DNA of 64,000 bases from an uncultured delta proteobacterium. GTDB taxonomy: Bacteria > Myxococcota > Myxococcia > Myxococcales > Anaeromyxobacteraceae. The translations under genes were made by a program, and so were the position numbers. Below, piece after piece: positions 14,402-24,715 of the stretch. The stretch is from assembly GCA_963828255.1 (NCBI GenBank), contig CAWHDZ010000016.1, positions 32,001 to 96,000 on the forward strand, in the 5' to 3' direction. The notes below the pieces were generated by a model. The model searched no databases. It saw only the letters and a program-made list of their open reading frames with translations, and was not told the DNA's origin. How positions within the stretch are numbered: position 1 is the stretch's first letter; each line of letters opens with the position of its first letter.

Positions 14402-15186
14402 CTACCCCGGGCGCCTGCCCGAGAAGAGGATCCGCTGGTACGTGTAGAGGTACGGGCGCTCGTCCGGGATGGCCGCCACGACCCGGCGCCGGTAGGTCTC
14501 GAGATAGCGGTGCCAGAGTTCGGGGGGCAGCCGCTTCTCGTAGTCGGTGAGCAGGGTCCCCCGGCACCACTCCACGATGTCGGCGGGCTCGGATAGCTCG
14601 TGGACGTAGACCTGGAGGCGCGACTCCTCGTCGACCAGGCCGAGCCGCTTGAGCTGCAGGGCGTACTCCACCGGCGTCAGCACCGAGCGGTGGCGTACGT
14701 AGCCCTTGAGCGCCGCGGCGAACGGCTCCTCGCGCGCCAGCTCGTTGGCCAGCCGGTGGGAGGCGTGGGTCTGGTTGGCGGGGACCTGCACGGCGAGCTG
14801 CCCCCCGGGGCAAGCAACCTGACCAGCCGGGCGAGCAGCGCGGGGTGATCGGGAACCCAGTGGAGCGCGGCGTTGGAGAGGACGAGGTCGAAGCCGGTCC
14901 CCTCGGGATCCTCGAACGTCGCGATGTCGCCGAGGGCGAAGGAGAGCCCGTCGCCGGCCAGCGGGGCCGCCTTCTCCAGCATGGCGGGTGAGGAGTCGAT
15001 CCCCAGCGTGGATCGCGCCGCCAGTCGCTTGTGTGCGTCGGCGGTGAGTTCCCCGGTCCCGCAGCCCAGGTCCACGACGCGCATGCCCGGCCGGGGCCGG
15101 ACCATGGCGAGCAGGTCGTAGAAGGGGCGGGAGCGCTCGGCGCGGAATCGGGCGTAGAGCTCGGGTTTCCAGACGTCTTGGGACAT
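14402..15186 (-). pseudogene. tam: Trans-aconitate 2-methyltransferase-like SAM methyltransferase, frameshifted; probably a sequencing indel
   Basis: W.P.LY.RF..ERSRPFYDLL, DLGCGTG and SNAALHWVPDH. The frame breaks at C6G4 (14801-14810); one added base restores LAPGGQLAVQVP and joins ORF 14402..14791. Confidence 0.8.
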
Positions 15187-15326
15187 GCGGCCTCCGCGGA
15201 GTGGGAGGATATCACCCGGGGGGGAGTCCCGGTTCGACAAGGTTGGGACAGGGAATGGCGTTGACCGGCGGGGGGTTGTCGAGAACAATCCCCGCCCTCC
15301 AACACTTCAACCCCTCAGGGAGTCCC

Positions 15327-16388
15327 ATGAAGTTCTCCACCCGCCCCTACCTCGCGGTCGCTGCCGCCCTCGGCGCGCTGGCCTGCACCTCTCCCACCAC
15401 CACCCAGGCCAAGGGCGCCGCCGCCCCCGCCGCCGACCCGAACGCCCCGGTCGCCAAGATCGGAGCCGAGTCCATCTCCGGCAAGGAGCTCGAGGAGTTC
15501 GCCAAGGGCGAGCTGAAGAAGCTCGACGCCCAGTTCCAGGAGCAGACCTACCAGCTGAAGCGCCAGGCCCTCGACACCATGATCATGAAGCGGCTGGTGG
15601 ACGCCAAGGCCAAGGCCGCCGGCAAGTCGCCGGACGACTACGTCCAGGCCGAGATCATGGCGCGCGTCGGGCCGATCAGCGACGCCGAGGTCCAGCAGGT
15701 CTACGACGCCGCCAAGGCCCAGGGGCGAGATCTGCCCCCCATCGCCCAGGTGAAGGAGACCATCGTCCGCTACATCCAGCAGCAGAAGGGGCAGGCCGCG
15801 GCCCAGGCCTACTACGACAAGCTGAAGGCCGACGCCAAGGTCGAGATCCTGCTGCCGCCCTACCGTGCGCCGCGCCAGCAGGTGGAGGCCAAGGGCCCGT
15901 CGCGCGGCCCGGCCAACGCGCCCATCACCATCGTCGAGTTCTCCGACTTCGAGTGCCCGTACTGCAGCCGCGCCGAGGAGACCGTCTCCGAGGTGATGCG
16001 CGTCTACGGCGACAAGATCCGGCTGGTCTTCCGCGACCTGCCGCTGCCCAACCACCAGAACGCCCCCAAGGCCGCCGAGGCGGCGCACTGCGCCGGCGAG
16101 CAGGGCAAGTACTGGGAGATGCACGCCAAGCTCTTCGCCAACCAGCGCGCCCTCGAGGTTCCCGCGCTCAAGGGTTACGCCAAGGATCTGAAGCTCGACC
16201 AGGCCAAGTTCGACAAGTGCCTGGACAGCGGATCCACCGCCGCCATCGTCGAGGCCAGCAAGAAGGCGGGGAACGAGGCGGGCGTGACCGGCACCCCGGC
16301 CTTCTTCGTGAACGGGGTCCTCATCTCCGGCGCGCAGCCCTTCGAGGCCTTCAAGGAAATCATCGACGCCGAGCTGGCGCAGAAGTAG
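15327..16388 (+). CDS. DsbA/thioredoxin-fold lipoprotein with helical N-terminal extension
   Basis: Lipobox LAC, EFSDFECPYC, RDLPL and GVTGTPAFFVNG (cis-Pro loop). Confidence 0.88.
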   Translation: MKFSTRPYLAVAAALGALACTSPTTTQAKGAAAPAADPNAPVAKIGAESISGKELEEFAKGELKKLDAQFQEQTYQLKRQALDTMIMKRLVDAKAKAAGKSPDDYVQAEIMARVGPISDAEVQQVYDAAKAQGRDLPPIAQVKETIVRYIQQQKGQAAAQAYYDKLKADAKVEILLPPYRAPRQQVEAKGPSRGPANAPITIVEFSDFECPYCSRAEETVSEVMRVYGDKIRLVFRDLPLPNHQNAPKAAEAAHCAGEQGKYWEMHAKLFANQRALEVPALKGYAKDLKLDQAKFDKCLDSGSTAAIVEASKKAGNEAGVTGTPAFFVNGVLISGAQPFEAFKEIIDAELAQK

Positions 16389-16449
16389 GCGACTCCGATT
16401 GGCGAGCCCGGCGCCGCCCCGCTAAGAAGGGGTGGGCCGGGCTTTCCTC

Positions 16450-17559
16450 ATGGGCGCATACGATCATGGCAACATCTCCGCCATCGCGGAGCGCCGGAAG
16501 ACCCGGCGAATCCAGGTAGGCCCCGTCCCCGTGGGCGACGGCGCGCCGGTGGCGGTCCAGTCCATGACCACCACCCAGACGGCCGACGTCGAGGGCACGC
16601 TCGCCCAGATCCGTGCGCTGGCCGCGGAGGGGGCCGACATCGTCCGCGTGGCCGTCCCCGACGGCGACGCGGCCGCGGCGCTGCCCGCCATCGTGAAGGG
16701 CTCGCCGGTCCCGCTGGTCTCCGACATCCACTTCGACTACCGGCTGGCGCTCTCGGCGCTGGAGGCCGGCATCCACTGCGTGCGGCTGAACCCCGGCAAC
16801 ATCGGGAGCCAGGACCGGGTGCGCGAGGTGGTGAAGGCGGCCCGGGAGCGCAACGTCCCCATCCGCATCGGCGTGAACGCCGGCTCGCTCGAGGAGGACA
16901 TCGTCGCGAAGCACGGCTGGCCCACCGCCGAGGGCATGGTGGAGAGCGCCGAGCGGCACATCCGCGTCCTGGAGGATCAGGGCTACCGGGAGATCAAGGT
17001 CTCGCTGAAGGCCCATGACATCGGGATGACGGTGGCGGCCAACCGGCTCTTCTCGCAGCGCTTCGACTACCCGCTGCACCTCGGCATCACCGAGGCGGGC
17101 ACCCTCATGACCGGCACCATCAAGAGCGCCGCCGGCCTGGGCATCCTGCTCGCCGGTGGCATCGGCGACACCCTGCGGGTCTCCCTGGCCGCGGACCCCG
17201 TCGAGGAGGTCAAGGTCGCTCGCAGCCTCCTCAAGTCGCTCGGCCTCAAGTTCGGCGGCGCCACGCTGACCGCCTGCCCCACCTGTGGCCGCTGCTCGGT
17301 GGCCATGATCCCCATCGCCGAGCGGGTCGAGCAGCGCCTCTCCAAGCTCAAGGGCGAGGTGAACGTGGCGGTGATGGGCTGCGAGGTGAACGGCCCCGGC
17401 GAGGCCGCGGCCGCCGACGTCGGCGTCGCCTACGGACACGGCGGGGTGGGGCTCCTCTTCAAGAGCGGCAAGATCGTGAAGCGGATGAAGGCCGAGGAAC
17501 TCGAGGAGGCGCTGGTGGCCGAGGCCGTGAAGATCTCGGCCGAGCGCGAGGCGAAGTAG
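16450..17559 (+). CDS. ispG: 4-hydroxy-3-methylbut-2-en-1-yl diphosphate synthase
   Basis: VQSMT, DIHF, RLNPGNIG, RIGVNAGSL, CPTCGR and VAVMGCEVNGPGE. Confidence 0.98.
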   Translation: MGAYDHGNISAIAERRKTRRIQVGPVPVGDGAPVAVQSMTTTQTADVEGTLAQIRALAAEGADIVRVAVPDGDAAAALPAIVKGSPVPLVSDIHFDYRLALSALEAGIHCVRLNPGNIGSQDRVREVVKAARERNVPIRIGVNAGSLEEDIVAKHGWPTAEGMVESAERHIRVLEDQGYREIKVSLKAHDIGMTVAANRLFSQRFDYPLHLGITEAGTLMTGTIKSAAGLGILLAGGIGDTLRVSLAADPVEEVKVARSLLKSLGLKFGGATLTACPTCGRCSVAMIPIAERVEQRLSKLKGEVNVAVMGCEVNGPGEAAAADVGVAYGHGGVGLLFKSGKIVKRMKAEELEEALVAEAVKISAEREAK

Positions 17560-17583
17560 CCGGGAGGATTGCTCCGCCGTCGA

Positions 17584-18329
17584 TCAGGCGGGGACGCTGC
17601 CCCCTAGGTACGCCGCCTGCACCCGCGGGTCGGCGGCCAGCTCGGGCGAGGGGCCCTCGAGCACGATGTGCCCCCGCTCCAGCACGTAGGCGTGATCCGA
17701 GACCTGGAGCGCCAGCCGCGCGTTCTGCTCCACGAGCAGCACCGTGGCGCCCTCGCGGTGGATCTCCTCCACCAGGTCGAAGACGCGCCGGACGAGCAGG
17801 GGTGCGAGCCCCATCGACGGCTCGTCGAGGAGCAGGATCCGCGGCGACATGAGGAGCGCCCGGGCGAAGGCCAGCATCTGCTGCTCCCCCCCGAGAGCGA
17901 CCCGGCCGGCAGCTTGCGCCGCTCCCCCAGCACCGGGAAGCGGGCGAACTGGGCCTCGACGCGGCGGCGCTGCTCGGCGGCAGGGGGCCGGGGCGTGCGG
18001 GCCTCGGCGGCCAGCACCAGGTTCTCCTCGATGCTCATGCGGGCCAGGATGCAGCGCCCCTCGGGGACGAGCACGATGCCCTGCTCGACGGCGCGGTGGG
18101 CCGGCAGGCCGGTGACGTCGCGCCCCTCGAGCAGCACCTGGCCGCCCTGCGGGCGGAGCAGCCCCGCCACGGCCGCGAGCGTGCTGGTCTTGCCGGCGCC
18201 GTTGGGCCCGATGAGCGTCACCACCTGCCCCGCGTTCACCCGGAGCGAGATGCGCCGCACCGCGTGGACGTGGCCGTAGGCGACCTCGAGATCGCGGATC
18301 TCCAGCAGCGGCGTGCCCGGTGCGCTCAC
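17584..18329 (-). pseudogene. livF: Branched-chain amino acid ABC transporter ATPase (LivF-like), frameshifted; probably a sequencing indel
   Basis: GPNGAGKTS and VPEGR. The LSGG/EQQML signature is split at the C7 run 17886-17892, with [12 protein letters not shown] in the other frame; one added base restores it. Confidence 0.88.
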
Positions 18330-19090
18330 GCGGCCGCCTCCCCGCCCAGGTAGGCGGCGATGACGGCCGGGTCGCGGGCCACCTCGGCCGGGGTCCCGTC
18401 GGCGATGACCTTGCCGAAGTCGAGGACGGTGATCCGGTCGCTGACCGCCATCACCAGCTTCACGTTGTGCTCGACGAGGAGCACCGAGTGGCCGGCCCGG
18501 GCCACCCCGCGGATGAGGTCGGCGATGGCCTTCACCTCGCCGGGGTTCATGCCGGCGGTGGGCTCGTCGAGCAGCATGACCCGCGGGGAGGAGGCCAGCG
18601 CCCGGGCGATCTCGACGCGCCGCTGCTCGCCGTAGGAGAGGTTGCTGGCCCGCTCGAGGGCCCGCCCCGACATCCCCACCCGGTCGAGGAGCGCGAGCGA
18701 GGCCTCGCGGGCGGCCCGCTCCTCCGCCGCGGCCGAGGGGAGGAAGACCATGCGGCGCCAGAGAGGGGAGCTGCGCTTCAGGTGCGCGCCGACCAGGACG
18801 TTGTCGGCGGCGCTCAGGGCCGGGAAGAGCCGGATGTTCTGGTAGGTGCGGGTCACGCCCCTGGCTGCGATGAGGTGGGAGGGGAGCCCGTCGATGCGCT
18901 CCCCGTCGAGCACGATGGCGCCCGAGGTGGGGGGGATGAGGCCGGAGATGAGGTTGAGCAGCGTGGTCTTGCCCGCGCCGTTCGGGCCGATGAGGCCGTG
19001 AACCTCGCCGGCCGCCACCTCGAGCGAGGCGTCGTCCACCGCCGCCAGGCCGCCGAAGGTGCGGCGGACCCCCTGCAGGCTAAGCAGCAT
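18326..19090 (-). CDS. livG: Branched-chain amino acid ABC transporter ATPase (LivG-like)
   Basis: [41 protein letters not shown] and AYLG. Confidence 0.92.
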   Translation of the reverse strand: MLLSLQGVRRTFGGLAAVDDASLEVAAGEVHGLIGPNGAGKTTLLNLISGLIPPTSGAIVLDGERIDGLPSHLIAARGVTRTYQNIRLFPALSAADNVLVGAHLKRSSPLWRRMVFLPSAAAEERAAREASLALLDRVGMSGRALERASNLSYGEQRRVEIARALASSPRVMLLDEPTAGMNPGEVKAIADLIRGVARAGHSVLLVEHNVKLVMAVSDRITVLDFGKVIADGTPAEVARDPAVIAAYLGGEAAA

Positions 19091-19979
19091 GTGCCTCCCG
19101 GCGCGACCGCAGCCAGGCGCGCACCCGCCGGGGCAGGGAGGAGATGCCCTCGGGCAGGAAGAGGATGACGAGGAGCAGCACGGCGCCGTTCACGAAGAGG
19201 CGAAGCGGGCCGGGAGCGAGCCCGACCCGCGCCGAGATCTCCCGCAGGATCTCGGGAAGCGCGGTGAGGAAGGTGGCGCCCACCACCGGCCCGTAGAACA
19301 CCGAGGTGCCGCCCACCACCGCGTAGACCAGCATGTCCACCACGCGGGTGAAGGAGTAGGTGGAGGGCGAGACCATGTACGTGTAGTGGGCCTCGAGCGC
19401 CCCGGCCAGGCCGGCGAAGGAGGCGCCCAGCGCCAGCATGGCCAGCTTGTAGCGGGCCGCGTGGATTCCCATGGTGCGGGCGGCCGGCTCGTCCTCGCGG
19501 ATGGCCTCGAGCGCGTAGCCGGCCCGCGAGCCCCGGATGCGCCAGAGCACGAAGAGGGCCGCGCCCAGCGCCGCGTAGATCATCCAGATGGAGGTGCGCT
19601 GCGGCACCGCGGTCAGCCCCAGCGCACCGTTCGTGAAATCGAGGTTCACGAAGAAGATGCGCACCACCTCGCCGAAGCCGATGGTGGCGATGGCCAGGAA
19701 GACCCCCTTGAGCCGGAGGACCGGCAGGCCCAGCGGCACCGCCACCAGGGCGGGGAGCAGCGCCGCAACCGCGAGCTCGAGCGCGAAGGGGAGCCCGCTG
19801 TGGAAGGTGAGGATGGCCGAGGCGTAGGCGCCGATGGCCATGAAGGCGGCCTGGGCCAGCGAGAGCTGGCCGCAGGAGAGCGTGGTGTACACCGAGAGTG
19901 CGAGCAAGCCGTTCAGGCCGATGAAGGCCACGGTGGACTGGTAGGTGAGCCAGAGGTCCTGGAGCGATTCGAGGGACAA
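19080..19979 (-). CDS. livM: Branched-chain amino acid ABC transporter permease (LivM-like)
   Basis: GQLSLAQAAF, LRLKG.FLAIATIGFGE and AIREDE. TTG start inferred at 19979. Confidence 0.88.
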   Translation of the reverse strand: MSLESLQDLWLTYQSTVAFIGLNGLLALSVYTTLSCGQLSLAQAAFMAIGAYASAILTFHSGLPFALELAVAALLPALVAVPLGLPVLRLKGVFLAIATIGFGEVVRIFFVNLDFTNGALGLTAVPQRTSIWMIYAALGAALFVLWRIRGSRAGYALEAIREDEPAARTMGIHAARYKLAMLALGASFAGLAGALEAHYTYMVSPSTYSFTRVVDMLVYAVVGGTSVFYGPVVGATFLTALPEILREISARVGLAPGPLRLFVNGAVLLLVILFLPEGISSLPRRVRAWLRSRREAHAA

Positions 19980-19984
19980 GGGCT

Positions 19985-20863
19985 TCAGGCCTCGCGGAGC
20001 GCCGCAGGCCCCAGCAGGCCTCTCGGCCGCAGCACCAGGACCAGGAAGAGGACCCCGAAGGCCACCGCGTCCCGGTAGGACGAGCCGATCCAGGCCACGG
20101 TGAAGACCTCGAGCAGGCCCAGGGCCACCCCGGCCAGCGCCGCACCGGGCATGCTGCCCATGCCCCCCAGCACGATGACCGCGAGCCCCTTCAGCTCCAC
20201 CGAGCGCCCCATGTCCGGGGCCACGTTGTTGAAGGCGAGCCCGAAGAGCACGCCGGCCGCAGCGCCCAGCGCCGAGGAGACGAAGAAGGATGCGGAGATG
20301 ATGCGGTCCACGTCCACGCCCAGCACCCGGGCCGCCTTGGGGCTCTCGGCCACGGCGCGGATGCGCCGCCCCAGCCGCGTCCGGCGGAGCAGCCAGGTGA
20401 GGCCGAGGAGCATGGCGACTGCGATGGTGATGATCACGATCTGGAGCTCGGAGACCACCGCCCCGCCGATCTGGAGGCTGCGGGTGGGGACGGTGCCGAA
20501 GGGGAAGCGCTCCACGTCCGGTCCGAAGAACTGGAGGACGGCCGCCTCCAGGATGGTGGCCAGCGCGATGGAGCTGATGAGCCCGGCGATGTTGGAGTCG
20601 CTGCGCCCGCGCAGCGGCCTGAAGGCGATGCGGTCCACCACCATGCCGAGCAGCCCCCCGGCCAGCACCGCCACCGGGAGCGCCGCGAAGATGGGCATGT
20701 GGAGGTGGACCACGAGGACCAGCGCCGCGTAGGCGCAGATCATGAAGACAGCCTGGTGCGCCAGGTTCAGGATGTCGAGCACCCCGAAGACGAGCGTGTA
20801 TCCCAGCGCGAAGAGCGCGTAGATGCTCCCCAGGAACAGGCCGTTGACGATCTGCTGCCCCAC
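19985..20863 (-). CDS. livH: Branched-chain amino acid ABC transporter permease (LivH-like)
   Basis: QQIVNGL.LGSIYAL.ALG.TLVFG...NLAH and VLGGMGS. Confidence 0.92.
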   Translation of the reverse strand: MGQQIVNGLFLGSIYALFALGYTLVFGVLDILNLAHQAVFMICAYAALVLVVHLHMPIFAALPVAVLAGGLLGMVVDRIAFRPLRGRSDSNIAGLISSIALATILEAAVLQFFGPDVERFPFGTVPTRSLQIGGAVVSELQIVIITIAVAMLLGLTWLLRRTRLGRRIRAVAESPKAARVLGVDVDRIISASFFVSSALGAAAGVLFGLAFNNVAPDMGRSVELKGLAVIVLGGMGSMPGAALAGVALGLLEVFTVAWIGSSYRDAVAFGVLFLVLVLRPRGLLGPAALREA

Positions 20864-20881
20864 GCGGCGTGGCCCCGGAGG

Positions 20882-22000
20882 CTACTGCAGGATCTCGAAC
20901 TTCCCGTTCTTCACGATCTGCACGGCGGCGGCGTGGTTGCCGTCGCGGCTGGGGAGGAAGGAGAACTTGCCGAGCGGCGTGGGCAGGTCCTTCACCTTGG
21001 CGAAGCCGGCCTTGATGTCGTCGCGGCCGCCCTTCATGCCGGCCTGGGCGATGGCGTCGGCGATGACCAGCACGCCGGTGTAGGCCTGGGCGCAGAACTG
21101 GTCGGGGTCGTTGCCGCGGGCCTTCTGGCCGGCGATGAAGGCCTGGTTGACCGGGTCGGCGGAGGCCTTGTTCCAGGCCGTGCCCACCATGACCCCCTCG
21201 GCGGCCGGGCCGGCGTTGGCCATGAGCTTGGGGGAGTTGAAGCCGTTGCCGCCCATGATGGGGACGTTCCAGCCCAGCTGGCGGGCCTGGGACACGATGG
21301 CGGCGGCCTGCTCGACCAGCGCCGAGACCATGAGGAAGTCGGGGTTCTTGGCCTTGAGCGCGGTGAGCTGGGCGTTGAAGTCGCGGTCCTTGGTGGCGAA
21401 GGTCTGGATGTCCACGATGGGGGTGCCGTTGGCCTCGAGCGAGGCCTTCATGACGTCGAATCCACCCTTGGTGAATGCGTCGTCGTTGCCGTAGAGGATG
21501 GCGGCGTTCTTGAAGCCGATCTTGGCCTGGGCCGCCTTGAGCGCCGAGGGGATCACCTGGGCCTCGGTGAGCGAGACGCGCCAGATGAAGTCGCCGATGT
21601 CGGTGATCCCCTTGGGGGCGGTGTTGGAGACCGCGACCACCGGGGTCTTCGCCTGCTGGGCCAGCGGATCGGCGGCGGTGGCGGTGGTGGAGAGGGTGGG
21701 GCCGATGATGGCGCTCACCTTGTCGCGGTTGATGAAGCGCTGGAAGACGGCGATGCCCTGCTCCTTGGAGGTGGCGTCGTCCTCGAGGACCAGCTCGAGG
21801 GTGATGCCCTTGAGCTTGCCGCTCTTGTTGACGTCGTCGACGGCGGCCTGGACGCCGGCCTTCTGCTGCGCGCCGTAGGCGGCGGCATTGCCGGTGAGTG
21901 AGAAGGCGGCGCCGATCTTGACGGTCTCGGCGGCGGAGAGGGTGGGAAGGGCCAGAAGGGCGACCGCGGCTGCGGCGAGGGATCGAACCGGGGTGATCAT
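20882..22000 (-). CDS. ABC transporter substrate-binding protein (LivK/Peripla_BP_6)
   Basis: Signal peptide, VKIGAAFSLTG.AA.YG and DFNAQLT. GGAGG Shine-Dalgarno upstream; first gene of the liv-type operon. Confidence 0.9.
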   Translation of the reverse strand: MITPVRSLAAAAVALLALPTLSAAETVKIGAAFSLTGNAAAYGAQQKAGVQAAVDDVNKSGKLKGITLELVLEDDATSKEQGIAVFQRFINRDKVSAIIGPTLSTTATAADPLAQQAKTPVVAVSNTAPKGITDIGDFIWRVSLTEAQVIPSALKAAQAKIGFKNAAILYGNDDAFTKGGFDVMKASLEANGTPIVDIQTFATKDRDFNAQLTALKAKNPDFLMVSALVEQAAAIVSQARQLGWNVPIMGGNGFNSPKLMANAGPAAEGVMVGTAWNKASADPVNQAFIAGQKARGNDPDQFCAQAYTGVLVIADAIAQAGMKGGRDDIKAGFAKVKDLPTPLGKFSFLPSRDGNHAAAVQIVKNGKFEILQ

Positions 22001-22330
22001 GAAACCTCCGTTGGGGCGAGGTGGGACCGAGGGTCGTACCACCCGACGCGAGGCGCGGACAAGTGGACGGGCACGGGCCCGCTGCTCGCATTTCATGAGG
22101 CGGGACCGCCCTTTCCACGCCCCGTGCGGGGCGGGGGCAAGCACCCGTTCAATTTCCCTGATTTGCGCGGAAAATTGTCCTGGATCAAGAGAGAGGCACC
22201 CGTCCGGGGTCATGACGCGCCGCAACTTGCGGTGTCCCCATTCGCATGCGAGAAGTTTGCACACAATCGCCGACAGGCCGCCGCCTCGGCGAACAGCGCC
22301 GTTCCCGCACGGTTCAACCGGAGGATACAC

Positions 22331-23581
22331 GTGAGAATCAAGGCACTCTTCAGTCTGGCAGCTCTCGGATTCGCTAGCCTGGCATTCGCCCAGGCGCAGA
22401 ACGTGGTCGTGGAGGAGAGGAAGACCGAGACGGTGACCGTGGTCGTGAAGGAGACGCCCAAGCCCCCGGCGTTCGTCTTCGAGCTGCACGGCTTCGTCTC
22501 CACCACGGGCTTCTTCCAGGACGCTCCCTTCAACTCCTACGGCCAGAAGGCCCTGTTCGTCGGTGGCAAGTACGAGGCCGACAAGCCCGTCTTCGGCTTC
22601 GACATCCGCCAGACCCGGCTCAACTTCTCGGTCAAGGGCCCCCAGATCATGGGAGGCGCCACGCCGAAGGCCGTCGTCGAGTTCGACATGTTCGGCATCG
22701 ACGAGGTCACGGTTGGCGCGACCAGCGTCTACGGTGACGTCTCGATCCTCCCCCGCATCCGCGTGGCCTACGTCGAGCTCGCCTGGGCCAACACGACCCT
22801 CCAGATCGGCCAGCAGAACATGCTCACGATCGGGGCCATCCCGCAGTCGCTCCGCGGGATCGCCTTCCCGATGACCTACGCTGCCGGCACCGTCGGCTGG
22901 AGGGCGCCGGGCGTCTGGGGCTGGCACACCTTCGGTACCGACACCAAGCTCGAGATCGCCTGGTCGGTCCAGCGGTCGCAGTGGGCAAACGGCTCCGGGC
23001 TCTCCCCCGGCGGAATCAATGCTGGCTACTCCTCCGGCCTTCCGGCCTTCGAGGGCCGCGCCCGCGTGTTCAACAAGATGTTCGACATCTGGCTCTCCGG
23101 CCACTGGCAGACAATCGACCGCAACGGCCCCGGAGTCATCGCCGTCCCGACCCCAAATACCGACATGCAAACGATCCTCGGGACGGTCGGCACCAAGTTC
23201 AACCTGGGGCCGGTCGCCCTCTCCGGAAGCGCCTGGTACGGCAAGAACGCGGGCCCGCTGCTCGGAAACATCATCCAGTTCACGCCCCTCACCTACCAGG
23301 GCAACATCTTCGGCTACGGCGCCTGGGGGCAGGCTGGCGTGAACGTCACGAAGAGCCTTTCCGCTTGGTTCACCTACGGAATCGACCATCCGCAGTACGC
23401 CGACATCTTCGCGACCGGCAACTTCCGCATGCGCAACCAGAACATGGTCGGGATGGTGCGCTGGCAGGAAGGCGGATTCATGATGGGCATGGAGTGGCTC
23501 TACACCCGCACGACCGACTCCCGGTTCGCCGACCCGCTCACCGGCAACCAGATCTCGCTCTCCGCGAACTACTACTTCTAG
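22331..23581 (+). CDS. Outer-membrane porin (DcaP-like beta-barrel)
   Basis: Signal peptide (AFA), amphipathic strands (RQTRLNF, PRIRVAY) and C-terminal Phe (ANYYF). GGAGG Shine-Dalgarno. Confidence 0.75.
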   Translation: MRIKALFSLAALGFASLAFAQAQNVVVEERKTETVTVVVKETPKPPAFVFELHGFVSTTGFFQDAPFNSYGQKALFVGGKYEADKPVFGFDIRQTRLNFSVKGPQIMGGATPKAVVEFDMFGIDEVTVGATSVYGDVSILPRIRVAYVELAWANTTLQIGQQNMLTIGAIPQSLRGIAFPMTYAAGTVGWRAPGVWGWHTFGTDTKLEIAWSVQRSQWANGSGLSPGGINAGYSSGLPAFEGRARVFNKMFDIWLSGHWQTIDRNGPGVIAVPTPNTDMQTILGTVGTKFNLGPVALSGSAWYGKNAGPLLGNIIQFTPLTYQGNIFGYGAWGQAGVNVTKSLSAWFTYGIDHPQYADIFATGNFRMRNQNMVGMVRWQEGGFMMGMEWLYTRTTDSRFADPLTGNQISLSANYYF

Positions 23582-23604
23582 CCGGATCGAGGCACCCGTT
23601 TCAG

Positions 23605-23643
23605 GCCGCCTCCGCGCCCCCGTGGCGCGGGGGCGGTTTTTTT
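23605..23643 (+). terminator. Rho-independent terminator after the porin
   Basis: GCCGCCTCCGCGCC-CCCGT-GGCGCGGGGGCGGT hairpin followed by a T run (23637-23643). Confidence 0.85.
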
Positions 23644-23686
23644 CCTAGAAGACCTGCTTACCACCCCCTTTGGAGATCCACCCGTC

Positions 23687-24667
23687 ATGGCCAACCAGCT
23701 CGACTTCGTCCGCGTGGACTACCCGGAACCGCACCGGGAGCGGACGCGCCGGCTGCTCGCCGCCCACCCGGAGGCCAAGCTGCTGCAGGGGCCCGAGCCT
23801 CGCTCGGCCCCCATCCTGATCGGAGTGGTCGCCTTCCAGATCGCGATGGCCTGGGTCCTGCGCGACCAGAGCCTCTGGCTTGTGGTGCCCCTGGCCTGGC
23901 TCCTGGGGGCGGTGGCCGACCACGCGCTGTGGGTGCTCATCCACGAGGCTGCGCACAACCTGATCGTCAAGACACCCTGGATGAACTCGCTGGCCACGCT
24001 GGTGGCCAACCTCCCCATCATCTTCCCCGGCGGCATCGCCTTCCGGCGCTACCACCTGCTCCACCACGCCTGGCAGGGCGACCCGGAGATCGACGCCGAC
24101 CTGGCCGCTCCCACCGAGGCCCGCCTGGTGGGGAACTCCAGCGTCAAGAAGGCGCTCTGGCTGCTCTTCTACTTCCTGGCCCAGGGAATGCGCGCCACCC
24201 AGCTGAAGCGAATCAAGCTCTGGGACGCCTGGTACGTTGCAAACGTGGCCGCCCAGGTGGCCTTCGTCGTCGCGGTCGTCCACTTCATGGGCTGGACCGC
24301 GCTCCTCTACCTCTTCCTCTCCAGCGCCTTCGCCATCGGGCTGCACCCGGTCGGGGCGCGCTGGATCCAGGAGCACTACCTCACCTTCCCGGGCAACCAG
24401 GAGACCTTCTCCTACTACGGCCCCATGAACGTGCTGGCGCTCAACGTGGGCTACCACAACGAGCACCATGACCTGATGCGCGTCCCCTGGACGAGGCTGC
24501 CGGCGCTCAAGGCCATGGCGCCGGAGCTCTACGAGCCGCTCCACTTCCATCGCTCCTGGTCGGCCCTGCTCTGGCGCTTCCTGACGGACCCCAGCATCAC
24601 GCTCTACAGCCGGGTGATCCGGCACGGTACGGTGGCCGGGACCGGGCGCCTCGAGCCCACAGCCTAG
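23687..24667 (+). CDS. Membrane fatty-acid desaturase, sphingolipid Delta4-desaturase (DEGS/DES1)-like
   Basis: His boxes HEAAH, HLLHH and HNEHH. N-terminal EPH..R...L..HPE.K.L and ETFSYYGP.N....[10 protein letters not shown]. Confidence 0.85.
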   Translation: MANQLDFVRVDYPEPHRERTRRLLAAHPEAKLLQGPEPRSAPILIGVVAFQIAMAWVLRDQSLWLVVPLAWLLGAVADHALWVLIHEAAHNLIVKTPWMNSLATLVANLPIIFPGGIAFRRYHLLHHAWQGDPEIDADLAAPTEARLVGNSSVKKALWLLFYFLAQGMRATQLKRIKLWDAWYVANVAAQVAFVVAVVHFMGWTALLYLFLSSAFAIGLHPVGARWIQEHYLTFPGNQETFSYYGPMNVLALNVGYHNEHHDLMRVPWTRLPALKAMAPELYEPLHFHRSWSALLWRFLTDPSITLYSRVIRHGTVAGTGRLEPTA

Positions 24668-24715
24668 CGAACGCCCCCGGCCGCACGCCCCGCCGGGCGG
24701 GCGTACAATGGCGTG

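Noticed and set aside
22184..22256. SAM-I riboswitch-like words (ATCAAGAG...ATGA...GCAAC...GGTG) upstream of the porin
   Set aside because: It lacks the GAGGGA/GCCC kink-turn and pseudoknot core and a closing P1 strand, and the downstream gene is not evidently sulfur-related.
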